Assembly (NCBI GenBank): GCA_038212275.1
Contig: JBBQUR010000005.1
Location: 138,911-202,910 of the forward strand
Length of the DNA: 64,000 nucleotides
Source: Planctomycetota bacterium
GTDB taxonomy: Bacteria; Planctomycetota; B15-G4
Direction: 5' to 3'
Under the pieces are notes generated by a model that did not search any database, was not told where the DNA came from, and saw only the letters and a program-made list of their open reading frames with translations. Position numbers and translations under genes: made by a program. This document shows positions 30,729 to 40,820 of this stretch, one piece after another; position 1 is the stretch's first letter; the number at the start of each line of letters is the position of its first letter.

Positions 30729-30805
30729 CTCATCGTGCCGTCCGCGGGGTGCGCTGCGCTATCGTCAGCACCCGACCGCATCGCTCCCGATCCGAGGTCC
30801 GTCGC

Positions 30806-31573
30806 GTGAACATCGCCGACCTGCCGCCGGCCGCCGCGCCGCACGCGTCCCGGGAGTTGCACGCGCCGCGCGCGTTGCGTCGGCTGCGCGTGCCCGGTCT
30901 CGCGCTCTTCGCGCTCTTCGCGCTGCTCGCGGCGTGCAGCGCGACCTACGAACGCGGCTACTACGCGCCGGCCGGCGCGAAGCCCGGCGACACGCTGGCC
31001 AGCCAGCAGCAGGCCAGCCCCGACATCGTCGTCGATCTGGCATGTCAGGGCAGCTTCGTGAATCGCGCGAGCGGTCAGCAGGTTGCCAGCGTGTACGTGC
31101 AGCTCGAGATCACGCGACCACGATCCGGAGAGTTGCGCCTGCGCCGCGATGAGGTCGTCGTCGATGTGCAACTGGCCGACGGCGGGCCGCGGCTGTCACT
31201 GAAACTGTCCGAGGCCTGGTCACGGCGCGACCTGCTGACCGGGGACCTCGTGGTGCCGGCGTGGTCGCTGCGGCCGTTCGACCTCTTCTTCGACTCGCCG
31301 CTGCTGGTCGGCGAACCGCCGCCCTCCAGCGTGCTGCTGCGCTGGGAGGGCGAGGCCGCCGGCGAGCCGATCGACGGGCAGTGCCTCTTCCAGCGGATTC
31401 CCGCGAACGACCGTCTCCTGCCGGACGCGACGCCCATCAAGGACATGTCCTTCGGCATGCGCAATGGCTACTACCTTCCCGGCTGGGAACACCTGGGCAC
31501 GCGCGGCCTGCGCCCCTCCACGGAGGAGCGCCTTCACTACCTGTTCCACGACCCGGCCACCTGGCAATGGTGA
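30806..31573 (+). CDS. Hypothetical lipoprotein
   Basis: Basic stretch, then LALFALFALLAAC lipobox. Coupled to the next gene. Confidence 0.7.
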   Translation: MNIADLPPAAAPHASRELHAPRALRRLRVPGLALFALFALLAACSATYERGYYAPAGAKPGDTLASQQQASPDIVVDLACQGSFVNRASGQQVASVYVQLEITRPRSGELRLRRDEVVVDVQLADGGPRLSLKLSEAWSRRDLLTGDLVVPAWSLRPFDLFFDSPLLVGEPPPSSVLLRWEGEAAGEPIDGQCLFQRIPANDRLLPDATPIKDMSFGMRNGYYLPGWEHLGTRGLRPSTEERLHYLFHDPATWQW

Positions 31574-33618
31574 CGGCGCTGCGCATCGTCGCGTGGGTCG
31601 TGCTCGCGCTCTGCGCGATCGTCGGCGGGGCGTGGCTCGTGGCGGACTACAAGGCGACGGCCTGGTGCGACGACGCGCTCGCAGCTCTGCACCTCACCGG
31701 CATCATCACGGCGGAGCACGCGAGCCTGCCGGCGCCCGACACGGTGCACATCCGGGGCGCCCGCCTGCACGACGAGGTGACAGGACTGGAAGTCGGGCAC
31801 GTGGACGACGTGGTGCTGCGCCTGGCGGTGCCCGGTCTCGATGGCGTGGCGTCCGTGACGCCGCTGCTCTTCACGGGCCGTGGCGGAGGCGTGCTGCTCT
31901 CCCTCGATGGCGACACGCTCGTTCTCGCGCGCGCGATCGAGCTCATGCTCGATCACATCTTCGAGTCGCTCGACCTGAACGACCAGCCGGCCGCGTCGGA
32001 GCCCGCGCCGACGGCGACTCCCTCCGGCGGACGCCAGTTCCTGCCGCCGATGGTGTTTCTCGACATCGAGATCACGCTGCGTTCGCCGGGCCTGCCCGAC
32101 TGGGTGATCCCCGACTCCAGCGCCTTCCTGCAACTGCGTCCCGACGGCATCTTCTCGGTGGACATCGACGTCGGCCGCGATGGAGGGCACGTGCTGCTCG
32201 AATTCGGCGAGCATGGATTGAACCGCCTGCAGACACGGCAGCTCGCGATCAATCCCGTCTTTGCGCTGTTCCTGCCCGCCGAGCGCGAGATGCTGACGAC
32301 TCAGGTGGCGCCGGAGGGCCTGCTCGATCTCGACGCGAGCGGCTTCGACCAGAGCTTTCCGCTGGCGAGCGGCGTGCTGCGCGAGGGCACGCTGCGGCCG
32401 CCGTCGGTGCCGTTCCCCGTCACCGAGGTGACGCTGCCGTTCGAACTGCGCGACGACCACGTGCGCGTCACCGGGGCCAACCTCTCGTTCGACGGCGGCG
32501 CGGCCGAGGCGAGCTTCGACTACGGACCCGACAAGCTGGTCTGGGACCTCGATGTCGTGAACGCCGACTTCCAAGCCACCTACGTGGAGCTGCTGCCCGA
32601 CGACCTCGACCTCTCGTGGGTCCGGGCCGACGACGGCGGCAACGTCGAATTGCACCTGCACGTGGAGACGACGCACGGCAACGAGACAGCCGCGTCGACC
32701 TCGACGCTGAGCGGCTGGGGCGGAATCCTCGTGAACCGGCTGTACTTCGGGCCCACTCAATTCGAGGTGGAGGACATGGTCAGCCGCTTCGACCTCAGCG
32801 ACGGGAAGCTCATCTTCCAGAACGCCAGCGGTCACTGCGCCGCGGGCGTCCTCTCGATGAAGGGCAGCCTGGACCTGGACACCGGCGAGATCGACGGCAG
32901 CGCGTCCGTCTTCGACGTGGACATCGCGCGCATGCGCCGCGCGCTGGACGCGGAGGCGCCGGCAGCCCTCGCGGATGCCGAGGATCCGACCACGCGCTCC
33001 CTGAGCGGCTGGCTGCAGGGCGACGTGACCTACAAGGGCAGCATCGGCGACCCGAGGCTTGCCACGGGCCGCGGCCAGTTCTCCGTGCGCGGCGGCAGCC
33101 TCTGGCGCGTGCCGGTGCTCGACGCGATCCTCGATGCGCTGCGGATGGCGCCTCCCGGAGGCGACGAGCGCCAGCGGGTCGCGGTCGCCTTCGACATCGA
33201 CGGCCGGCGCTACATCGTGCGCGTGTTCAAGCTCGAGTCGCAATTCCTCTCGCTCGTCGGCGATGGCAAGGTCAATCGCGATGGCACGCTCGAGATCGAC
33301 ATCGTGCCGATCAAGGTGCCGCTGGGATACGTCGGCGACCTCATCGAGTACATCCAGTCGCAGGTGGTGAGGATCGAGCTGCGCGGCACGATGACGGATC
33401 CGAAGGTCAGCGTCGTGCCGGTGCAGGTGGTCACGAAGAACGTCGGCCGATTCTGGGACTGGCTCGGCGGCATGTTCAGCTCGGAGCCGGAACCGGCGAG
33501 CCCGCCGTTCGAGCCGCTGCCGCCGCTGCACGAGGAGCCCGCGAGCGACGCGCCTGCCCCGGAGCCGCCTGCGGGCGATGCGAGTCCGGCGCCTGACGGC
33601 GCGTCCGCCGCGCACTGA
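31567..33618 (+). CDS. AsmA-like (repeated beta-groove) envelope protein
   Basis: N-terminal TM anchor and beta-strand-rich body. AsmA_2-like C-terminus: LSGWLQG, GRGQFSVRGGSLWRVPVL, LSLVGDGKV, LRGTMTDPKV. Confidence 0.72.
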   Translation: MVTALRIVAWVVLALCAIVGGAWLVADYKATAWCDDALAALHLTGIITAEHASLPAPDTVHIRGARLHDEVTGLEVGHVDDVVLRLAVPGLDGVASVTPLLFTGRGGGVLLSLDGDTLVLARAIELMLDHIFESLDLNDQPAASEPAPTATPSGGRQFLPPMVFLDIEITLRSPGLPDWVIPDSSAFLQLRPDGIFSVDIDVGRDGGHVLLEFGEHGLNRLQTRQLAINPVFALFLPAEREMLTTQVAPEGLLDLDASGFDQSFPLASGVLREGTLRPPSVPFPVTEVTLPFELRDDHVRVTGANLSFDGGAAEASFDYGPDKLVWDLDVVNADFQATYVELLPDDLDLSWVRADDGGNVELHLHVETTHGNETAASTSTLSGWGGILVNRLYFGPTQFEVEDMVSRFDLSDGKLIFQNASGHCAAGVLSMKGSLDLDTGEIDGSASVFDVDIARMRRALDAEAPAALADAEDPTTRSLSGWLQGDVTYKGSIGDPRLATGRGQFSVRGGSLWRVPVLDAILDALRMAPPGGDERQRVAVAFDIDGRRYIVRVFKLESQFLSLVGDGKVNRDGTLEIDIVPIKVPLGYVGDLIEYIQSQVVRIELRGTMTDPKVSVVPVQVVTKNVGRFWDWLGGMFSSEPEPASPPFEPLPPLHEEPASDAPAPEPPAGDASPAPDGASAAH

Positions 33619-33634
33619 CCGCAGCCGGCGGCGT

Positions 33635-35035
33635 TCAGGCCCGGACGGCGGCCCGCCCGGCGACGAGCTCGGTCATCAGGCTCTCGTAGCGGCCCGCCGA
33701 CTGGCTCCAGCTCACGTCCACCGCCATGCCGCGGCGCATCAGGGCGGGGGCGCGGCCGTCCTGCACGGCCTTCAGGCCGCGGAAGATCGCGGAGAAGAGC
33801 GCGGCCGGCGTGGGCCGGTCGAACTGGAAGCCGAAGCCCGTGTCGGGGTGCTCGTCCGCGTCGATGACCGTGTCGGCGAGGCCGCCGGTGCGGCGCACCA
33901 CGGGCAGCGTGCCGTAGTGCATGCCGATGAGCTGGATGAGCCCGCACGGCTCGAAGCGCGAGGGCATGAGCACGAGGTCGCAGCCCGCCATGATGCGGTG
34001 CGCGAGGCCCTCGTCGAAGCCGATGCGCACGCCGACGTGGCGGCCCGACACGGCGCGGAAGCTGGCCTCGATGCGCGCGTCGCCCTGGCCGAGCACCGCG
34101 AGATCCGCGAGCGCCGTGACCTCCGGCATGATCGCGCGCAGCAGGTCGAAGCCCTTCTGCTCCGTGAGCCGGCTGACGATGCCGATGAGCGGGCGGCGCG
34201 CGTCCTGCACCAGCGACATCTCGCGCAGCAGCGCCGTGCGGCAGGCGTCCTTGCCGGCCAGTTCCCGGTCGCCGTACTGCGCGGCGAGGTAGGGATCGTT
34301 GGCCGGGTTCCACGTGCGCGTGTCGATGCCGTTGACGATGCCGTGAAGCGTGTCGCCCCGGTCGCGCACCTGGGTCTGCAGGCCGCACCCATGCTCGGTG
34401 TCGCGGATCTCGTGGGCGTAGGTCGGGCTCACTGCCACGACGGCGTCTGCGGAGATGAGCGCGCCCTTGAGCGAGTTCGCGCGGCCGTACCAGTCGAGCC
34501 GGTCGCGGCTCTCGGTGGGGAGGTGCGCGGCCGCCAGGTCCTTCCACGCGTGGATGCCCTGGTAGGCCATGTTGTGGATGGTGAGCAGCACGGGCGGACC
34601 GTTCCTGCCCAGCAGCATCGACGCGGTGAGCGCCGCATGGTGGTCGTGGAGCTGCAGCACGTCGCAGCGCGGTGCGAGCCAGTCGGCGGCCACGCGCGAC
34701 AGCAGCGCGTAGCGATAGGCCTCGTCGCGCGCATCGGCGTCGTCGTAGGGCCCGCGGCCGGCGACGAGCGGATCGTCGATGAGGACGACGTGCAGCTTGC
34801 CGATGCGACCGCGCCGCAGGGGCACGCGGCGCTGCATGCCGTCGAAGAAGACGGAGGCCGCGTCGTCCTGGAAGCCGGCGAGCTGGTCGATGCGCATGCT
34901 CGAGTAGCCGGGCAGCAGCACGGTGACCTCGTGGCCGCGCGCGGCCAGCTCCGCGGAGAGCGCGCTGGCCACGTCGCCGAGTCCGCCGACCTTGGCCAGC
35001 GGGGCCATTTCGGCCGTGACGACACCGATCTTCAT
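33635..35035 (-). CDS. glgA: Glycogen synthase
   Basis: EMAPLAKVGGLGDV, TIHNMAYQG, AVSPTYA.EI, GIVNGID, SRLTEQKG, MPSRFEPCGL, TGGLADT. Confidence 0.96.
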   Translation of the reverse strand: MKIGVVTAEMAPLAKVGGLGDVASALSAELAARGHEVTVLLPGYSSMRIDQLAGFQDDAASVFFDGMQRRVPLRRGRIGKLHVVLIDDPLVAGRGPYDDADARDEAYRYALLSRVAADWLAPRCDVLQLHDHHAALTASMLLGRNGPPVLLTIHNMAYQGIHAWKDLAAAHLPTESRDRLDWYGRANSLKGALISADAVVAVSPTYAHEIRDTEHGCGLQTQVRDRGDTLHGIVNGIDTRTWNPANDPYLAAQYGDRELAGKDACRTALLREMSLVQDARRPLIGIVSRLTEQKGFDLLRAIMPEVTALADLAVLGQGDARIEASFRAVSGRHVGVRIGFDEGLAHRIMAGCDLVLMPSRFEPCGLIQLIGMHYGTLPVVRRTGGLADTVIDADEHPDTGFGFQFDRPTPAALFSAIFRGLKAVQDGRAPALMRRGMAVDVSWSQSAGRYESLMTELVAGRAAVRA

Positions 35036-35118
35036 GCCGCGTTCCTCGTCCGGCTGCCGATGCCGCGGGGAGCGCTTGCCCTCAGCGGCCGTCCTCGCGA
35101 GCGGGCCCGGAAGAACGC

Positions 35119-35147
35119 ATCGAAGCACAGGCCCGGGGACGCGTCAA
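35119..35147 (-). promoter_or_regulatory. Candidate sigma70 promoter for glgA (TTGACG-N17-TTCGAT)
   Basis: On the minus strand, -35 TTGACG at 35147-35142, a 17-nt spacer and a weak -10 with a TG extension. Confidence 0.4.
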
Positions 35148-35177
35148 TCCGCGCGCGAGGGCGTGCTGCTCCGCAGC

Positions 35178-35480
35178 TCAGAGGCTGCCGTCGCGCATCA
35201 GTGCAAGCGCGCGCGCGACGCCGACGGCATGCGCCGGATCGATCAACTCGTCCAGCAGGTCGCCCGCGCACGGCGGCCGGGAGCCCGTCCACGGCGCGAG
35301 CGCCAGCGCGGTCATGTCGCCGTGCCGCGCCGGATGGGCCACCATCATGACGCGACGACTGTGCTGCTCGAAGATGGCGTACAGGCGATGCCCGTCGGAG
35401 AGCTGCACGCCGGCCGAGATGGCGAATCCGAGGGTCGCCAGCGGGTTGATCAGCCCCCTGGTGATGGTGGCGGCGGTCAT
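35178..35480 (-). CDS. Small hypothetical protein (100 aa)
   Basis: ATG follows AAGGA. The ORF fills the gap between glgA and the divergent LMWP gene. Confidence 0.55.
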   Translation of the reverse strand: MTAATITRGLINPLATLGFAISAGVQLSDGHRLYAIFEQHSRRVMMVAHPARHGDMTALALAPWTGSRPPCAGDLLDELIDPAHAVGVARALALMRDGSL

Positions 35481-35680
35481 GTCGGCTGTCCTTGAACGGG
35501 CCCTGCGGGATGCAAGGCGCGGCCCGGACGGGGCGCGGAATTGGGCCCTGACAGGGTGCCTGCGCTGCATCCGGCCGGCACTCGCGCTGGCAGTTCGGAC
35601 CGTTTTGCCTTACAATCATCGGGATCGCGCACGGCTGACAAAAGTCGTCTTCGCGAACCGGTCCAGCGCTGGAGAATCAC

Positions 35681-36097
35681 ATGGCCAAGCCGCGCAACTT
35701 TCTCTTCGTCTGCAAGGGAAACGATGCCCGCAGCCAGATGGCCGAAGGTTTCGCCCGGGCGCTCGCGACGGGCACCGTGAACGTCTACAGCGCCGGCGTC
35801 CAGCCCCGCGGCCTCAATCAGCATGCGATCGACGTGATGGCCGAGCTCGGCATCGACATCACCTGCCAGGTGCCGCACGACTTCAAGAGCATCCCGGTCA
35901 CCAAGATCGACACGATCATCACGCTCAGCTCGGATGCCGATCCGCTGCCCAAGCTGGCCACGCGCAAGATCACGCAGATTCACTGGCCGCTGAACGACCC
36001 GACCACCGCCACCGGCAGCGATGCCGAGGTCAAGAAGGCCTTCCGCGCCGTCCGCGACGAGATCCGCAACCGCGTCCAGGTGCTGCTCGTCGGCTGA
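35681..36097 (+). CDS. Low-molecular-weight phosphatase / arsenate reductase (ArsC-like) family protein
   Basis: LFVCKGNDARSQMAEG (CX5R P-loop), YSAG, VMAELGIDI, HWPLNDP, FRAVRDEI. SD GGAG. Confidence 0.88.
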   Translation: MAKPRNFLFVCKGNDARSQMAEGFARALATGTVNVYSAGVQPRGLNQHAIDVMAELGIDITCQVPHDFKSIPVTKIDTIITLSSDADPLPKLATRKITQIHWPLNDPTTATGSDAEVKKAFRAVRDEIRNRVQVLLVG

Positions 36098-36098
36098 G

Positions 36099-36725
36099 TC
36101 AGTGCGGCGCGGCGCCCTGCGCCTCCAGAGCCGCCCGCGCGGCGGCCAGGTCCTCGGGCGTGTCCAGGTCGCGCACGAGCCACGCGTTGTCGCTCGGCAC
36201 GGCCAGCACGCGCGAGGGGTCGCTGCGGACGACGCGATGGCCCGGCTCGTCGGCGCCCAATGCGAGGAACTCGGCGGCCAGCTCCCGCTCGAAGAGCGCC
36301 GGGTGCCCGCGGCGGCCGTCGACGACCGGCACGGCGATGCGCTGTCCGGCGGCGCGGCGCGCGAAGGCTGCGAGCAGCGCCGCCAGGTCCTCGGCGCGCA
36401 GCAGCGGGTGATCGACGGTGTGCAGCGCGAAGCATGCGCCCGCGCCCGGACCCGCGGCGAGCCCGGCGCGGATCGAGCTGGTCTGCCCGCGATCGGGGTC
36501 CGGGTTGAGGACGATCTCCACGCCGGCCAGCGCGTCGGCCGGCAGCCTCGCGCGCGCCTCCTCGGCGCCGTGGCCGAGCACCACGCGCAGCTCGTCGGCG
36601 CCGCCCGCACGCAGCGCGGCCAGGCAGCACTCCAGCGCGGTGCGCCCGCCGAGGTCGAGCAGCGCCTTGGGCGTTCCCATGCGCCGTCCACGACCGGCAG
36701 CGAGCAGCAGCGCGAGCATCGTCAC
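36099..36725 (-). CDS. NTP_transf_3 nucleotidyltransferase (MocA/YgfJ molybdenum cofactor cytidylyltransferase-like)
   Basis: LAAGRGRRMGTPKALL, GQTSSIRAG, VDHP, GRRGHP, DLDTPED. Confidence 0.88.
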   Translation of the reverse strand: MTMLALLLAAGRGRRMGTPKALLDLGGRTALECCLAALRAGGADELRVVLGHGAEEARARLPADALAGVEIVLNPDPDRGQTSSIRAGLAAGPGAGACFALHTVDHPLLRAEDLAALLAAFARRAAGQRIAVPVVDGRRGHPALFERELAAEFLALGADEPGHRVVRSDPSRVLAVPSDNAWLVRDLDTPEDLAAARAALEAQGAAPH

Positions 36726-36753
36726 GTCCTCCGCGGGGGGCTCGGCGCCGGGT

Positions 36754-38457
36754 TCAGGCCGTCTCGAGCAGTGCGCGCGGACTCAGGCTCAGCGTGCGCA
36801 GGCGACGGGTGTTCACGATGACCATGACCAGCGCGACGAGCGCGAGGCCCACGACGATCCAGGGCTTGTCCTCGAGCATGACATGCACGAAGACCATGAT
36901 GCCGATGACCGGCGTCACCATGAGAAGCATCGCGAAGTTCGATCCGGACTGGCTGGTGCGGAAGGTGCGCGTGAACGGCAGCGCGTCGGCCGACAGGCTG
37001 CGCGCGATCCAGAGCGTGACCGCCAGCACGCTCAGCGTGGAAAAGGCCATGTCCTCGATGCGCAGGCCGCCGAAAAACAACCCGGTGCAGAGGTAGAGCG
37101 CCAGATACCACGGCAGCAGGAAGGCGAAGCACAGCGCCTTGACCGCACCGCAGACCAGCATCCCGTACTGCTCCACCGGTGCGACGGAGTAGATCCACGC
37201 GGCCGCGGGCGTGTCGCTGAAGCGGATGATGTGCAGGATCGAGAGCGAGTACACGACAGGCAGGTAGGCGCACATCAGCGCGCCCTGCTGCGAGCCGTCG
37301 CCGTGGCGCGCCGAGGTCCCGAAGTAGGCCATCATGATCACGGGCATGGCGAGCATCGGGTAGACGCGCTGGCGGAATTGCCGTTCGCGCGCGGCGAGGC
37401 CGAGAAACAGGTCGAAGCCCGCGCGCTCGAGGCCCGGGCGCGCGAGCCTGCGGCCGAGCCGACGCAGCGGGCCGGGGCGGTCGGAGACAGGCGGGCCGCC
37501 GCCTTCATCCATCGCCGCCAGGCGCTGCAGCAGGTTGCTGCCTGCGAGGCGCAGCACCGCCAGCCCGAGCAGTGCAGGCACCGCGAGCGCCAGTGCCATC
37601 AGGCCGAGGTGCAGCGTGGACGGTTCCGGCGCCGTCGCGGTGGCGAGCGCTGCGAACCAGTACGGCGGAAGCAGCAGCTGCGCCATGTGCTCGCCCCGCA
37701 GCCACTCGCTCACGCTGGGCGACTGCAGCAGCCCGATGAGCAGGTAGTAGCCGCCGAAGGTGACGAGGCTGGCGGCGATCTGCGCGAAGAGCACCGCGTT
37801 GCGCACGCGCTCGGGATGCGTGACCCGCAGCAGCAGCGCGAACACGGCGGTGATCGCGAGCAGCGTGGTGAGCGCCGCGAGGCCAGCCGCCGCCGCGAAC
37901 AGCGGCAGCCACGTCGCTGCCGGGAAGAGGAAGGCGCCGACGATCCAGGTGGGAGAGGCGAAACTCGCCGCGATCAGGCCCGTGTAGAGCAGCGCATGCC
38001 CCGTGCGCGCCAGCAGCAGCGTGCGCGGCGAGACCGGCAGCGCGCCGAGGATGGTCACGTCCGCCGGCGCGAGCAGCAGGTCCACCAGGTCCGTGACGAG
38101 CGCCATGCCGAGCAGGACGAACAGCATCGCGCAGGCCAGCGCCGTGAGCGCCCGCGCGTCGTGCAGCTGCATGCCGAACAGGGCGAGGAGCCAGCCGAAG
38201 ACGTGGTTCAGTCCGCAGGTCAGCGCCAGGCCGCTGGCGGAGACCTTGTTGGGGTTCTTGAGCCCGCCGACGCGCAGGTCGAGGCGCAGCTTCACGCGCA
38301 GGATCGCGAGGAAGGCCGTGCGATCCGCGCCCATCCACCCGGCCACGACGGCCAGCGGTTCGGACAGCGCGCACAGCACCCGCAGCGGCCTGCCGTCCGG
38401 CCGCACGGTGTCCGAGGGAGGCTCGTTCGCCCGCCGGCTGCCGAACAGCGCGCTCAC
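36754..38457 (-). CDS. ABC transporter permease-like polytopic membrane protein
   Basis: More than 12 TM segments, D..ILGALPVSPRTL motif, and a GTGA overlap with the ABC ATPase. Confidence 0.8.
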   Translation of the reverse strand: MSALFGSRRANEPPSDTVRPDGRPLRVLCALSEPLAVVAGWMGADRTAFLAILRVKLRLDLRVGGLKNPNKVSASGLALTCGLNHVFGWLLALFGMQLHDARALTALACAMLFVLLGMALVTDLVDLLLAPADVTILGALPVSPRTLLLARTGHALLYTGLIAASFASPTWIVGAFLFPAATWLPLFAAAAGLAALTTLLAITAVFALLLRVTHPERVRNAVLFAQIAASLVTFGGYYLLIGLLQSPSVSEWLRGEHMAQLLLPPYWFAALATATAPEPSTLHLGLMALALAVPALLGLAVLRLAGSNLLQRLAAMDEGGGPPVSDRPGPLRRLGRRLARPGLERAGFDLFLGLAARERQFRQRVYPMLAMPVIMMAYFGTSARHGDGSQQGALMCAYLPVVYSLSILHIIRFSDTPAAAWIYSVAPVEQYGMLVCGAVKALCFAFLLPWYLALYLCTGLFFGGLRIEDMAFSTLSVLAVTLWIARSLSADALPFTRTFRTSQSGSNFAMLLMVTPVIGIMVFVHVMLEDKPWIVVGLALVALVMVIVNTRRLRTLSLSPRALLETA

Positions 38458-39263
38458 GAGGCCGCGCTCCGGCCGTCGTCCATGGCCTGCAGGATGCGGT
38501 CCACCGCCGCGGCCTCGCCGCCCGAGCCGGTCAGCTCGGCGAAGATCGCCTCGAGCGAGCCGCCGTGGCGCGCGGCCGAGAGCTCCTCGAAGGAACCGTT
38601 CGCGACGATGCGGCCGTCGGCGAGGATCGCGATGCGGTCGCAGACGCGCTCCACGACGTCCATCATGTGCGAGCAGTAGAAGACCGTGCGGCCGCGATCC
38701 GCGAGCGAGCGGATGAGCGTCTTGACGAGGATCGTCGCCGCCACGTCGAGCCCGGAGAGCGGCTCGTCGAGGAACACGATCTCCGGCGCGTGCAGCAGCG
38801 CCGAGGACAGCAGGATCTTCTGGCGCATGCCCTTGGAGAGCGAGCCGAGGCGCGAGCCGAAGCGTCCGTCCAGCCCGAAGGCCGAGAGATATTCGTGCGC
38901 GCGGTGCAGCGCCAGCTCGTCGGACAGGCCGTGCAGGCGGCCGACGAGCTCGAAGAACTCGCGCGCCGAGAGCGCGTCGTACAGCTGCGCGTTCTCCGGC
39001 ACGTAGCCGATGCGGCGCTTGACCTCCAGCGGCTGGCGGCGCACGTCCAGGCCGCAGACGCGCACGTCGCCTTCGAAGTCGCCGAGCAAGCCGGTGAGGA
39101 TGCGGATGGTCGTGCTCTTGCCCGCGCCGTTCGCGCCGAGGTAGCCGAGCACCTGGCCGGGCCGCACGTCGAGGTCGATGCCGCGCAGCACCTCGCGTCC
39201 GGCGAACTGCTTGCGCAGGCCGCGCACCTCGACCGAGGACGCGACGCTGTCGGGATGTTCCAA
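38454..39263 (-). CDS. ABC transporter ATP-binding protein
   Basis: GANGAGKST, LSKGMRQK, FLDEP, SH. TTG start at 39263 follows GGAGG; an alternative ATG lies at 39287. Confidence 0.93.
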   Translation of the reverse strand: MEHPDSVASSVEVRGLRKQFAGREVLRGIDLDVRPGQVLGYLGANGAGKSTTIRILTGLLGDFEGDVRVCGLDVRRQPLEVKRRIGYVPENAQLYDALSAREFFELVGRLHGLSDELALHRAHEYLSAFGLDGRFGSRLGSLSKGMRQKILLSSALLHAPEIVFLDEPLSGLDVAATILVKTLIRSLADRGRTVFYCSHMMDVVERVCDRIAILADGRIVANGSFEELSAARHGGSLEAIFAELTGSGGEAAAVDRILQAMDDGRSAAS

Positions 39264-39371
39264 GCCGGGTTCCTCCGAGGGGTGCATGGTACCGGGCGGA
39301 GGCGCGCGCCCGGGCCGCCGGCTGTGGCAGACTCGCGCCTGCATGCCAACCCGCGGCGAAGCGTCGTCTCC

Positions 39372-40820
39372 ATGAGTCTCTCGCGCCGCGTCAGCCTCAA
39401 CACGGCCGGGCAGATCGGGGGGCGCCTCTACAGCTCCGCGCTGGCCTTCGTGATCACCGCGCTGCTGCTGCCGCGCTGGCTGGGCGAGCACGACTTCGGC
39501 GTGTTCGCCTTTCACCTCACGCTCTACCAGCTGCTCAACAACGTGCTCGATTTCGGCGCGGGCACGATCGTCGTGCGCGAGGCGAGCCGCGACCGCACGC
39601 GTGCCGGCCGGCTCATCGGCATGCTCATCGAGCTCAAGGCGCTCTTCGCGGCAGCGGGCGTCGTGCTGCTGGTCGGCTTCGCCCTCGGCTTCGAAGGCGC
39701 GGGGCTGCGCGGTCTGCTGCTGAGCCTCGCCGCCCTGCACCTGCTGGCGTACGCGCCCTCGGGCGCCGCGGCGATCTTCGCCGTGGACATGGCCTTTTTC
39801 CGCTCGATCCTCGCGGGTGCGACCGGCCAGACGGTCTGGCTGCTGGGCACCGTGTCGCTGCTGGTCGCCGACGTGCGCGAGCCTGCCGGCTACCTGCTCG
39901 CCTTCGGCGCCGGCGTCGTGGTCAACGGCGTGCTGTGCTACGTGTGGGCGCGCCGTCGCGTGGACATCGTCTTCGAGGCAACGGGGGCCGAACGCCGCGT
40001 GCTCTGGAACGAGGCCTGGCCGGCGGGCGTGTCCATGGCGATGGCCTCGGTCTACTTCTACGTGGACGCGATCATGCTGCGCCCGATGCTCGGCGCGGAA
40101 GCCGTCGCGCACTACAGCGCGGCTTACCGCCTCATGATCTTCGTGCTCATGGTGCCGGTGTTGTTCAGTCAGGTCGTGTTCCCCGTCTTCTCGCGCCTCT
40201 GGGGCGGCGGCGCGCCGCGACTCGCGCCGTTCTTCCAGCGCACGCTGCAATTCCTCGGTTCGCTCGGCGTGCTGTTTCCCGCGCTCGTGTGGCTGGTCTC
40301 GCGCGACCTGCTGCGCCTGATCTATCCGCCCGGATACGAGGTGGCCGCGCGCACGCTCACCGTCCTCTCGCTGGCGATCGCACTGGTGTTCGTCACGTAT
40401 CCGCACGTGCTCACGCTGCTCGCCTCGGGCCACCAGCGGCTCATGATGCGCATCTCGATCGCGGGCGCGGCGCTGAACATCGTGCTGAATCTGCTGGCCA
40501 TTCCGTCGCTTGGCATCGAAGGCGCCGCCTGGACCACCGTGGCCACCGAAGCCTTCGTCTTCGTGAGCGCGGCCCTCTGCGTGCGCCGCCGGACCGGGCT
40601 GCAGCTCCGCGTGCGGCCGCTGCTGCGTGCACTCGTCTGCGCGGTGCTTGCGGCGGGCACGCTGGCCCTGCTGCTCGCGCAGATCGATCCGGAGCGCTTC
40701 GCGCTGCGCGTGCTGGCCGGTCTCGTCGTCGGCGCGGTGGCCGCGTTCGCCACGGGCGTGCTGCCGCCTCGCCTCGGCACCGACGACGGGCTCGGCGCCG
40801 TGCCGGAAGGCGCGCCATGA
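39372..40820 (+). CDS. Oligosaccharide flippase (Wzx/MOP superfamily)
   Basis: NTAGQ, RWLG..DFG, DFGAGTIVVRE, VYFYVDAIML, VAHYSAAYRL, NIVLNLLAIP.LGIEGAAWTT. Confidence 0.9.
   Translation: MSLSRRVSLNTAGQIGGRLYSSALAFVITALLLPRWLGEHDFGVFAFHLTLYQLLNNVLDFGAGTIVVREASRDRTRAGRLIGMLIELKALFAAAGVVLLVGFALGFEGAGLRGLLLSLAALHLLAYAPSGAAAIFAVDMAFFRSILAGATGQTVWLLGTVSLLVADVREPAGYLLAFGAGVVVNGVLCYVWARRRVDIVFEATGAERRVLWNEAWPAGVSMAMASVYFYVDAIMLRPMLGAEAVAHYSAAYRLMIFVLMVPVLFSQVVFPVFSRLWGGGAPRLAPFFQRTLQFLGSLGVLFPALVWLVSRDLLRLIYPPGYEVAARTLTVLSLAIALVFVTYPHVLTLLASGHQRLMMRISIAGAALNIVLNLLAIPSLGIEGAAWTTVATEAFVFVSAALCVRRRTGLQLRVRPLLRALVCAVLAAGTLALLLAQIDPERFALRVLAGLVVGAVAAFATGVLPPRLGTDDGLGAVPEGAP

Noticed and set aside
35681-36097. 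Arsenic-resistance operon
   Set aside because: Only a lone LMWP-family gene lacking resolving cysteines; no arsR, arsB or acr3.
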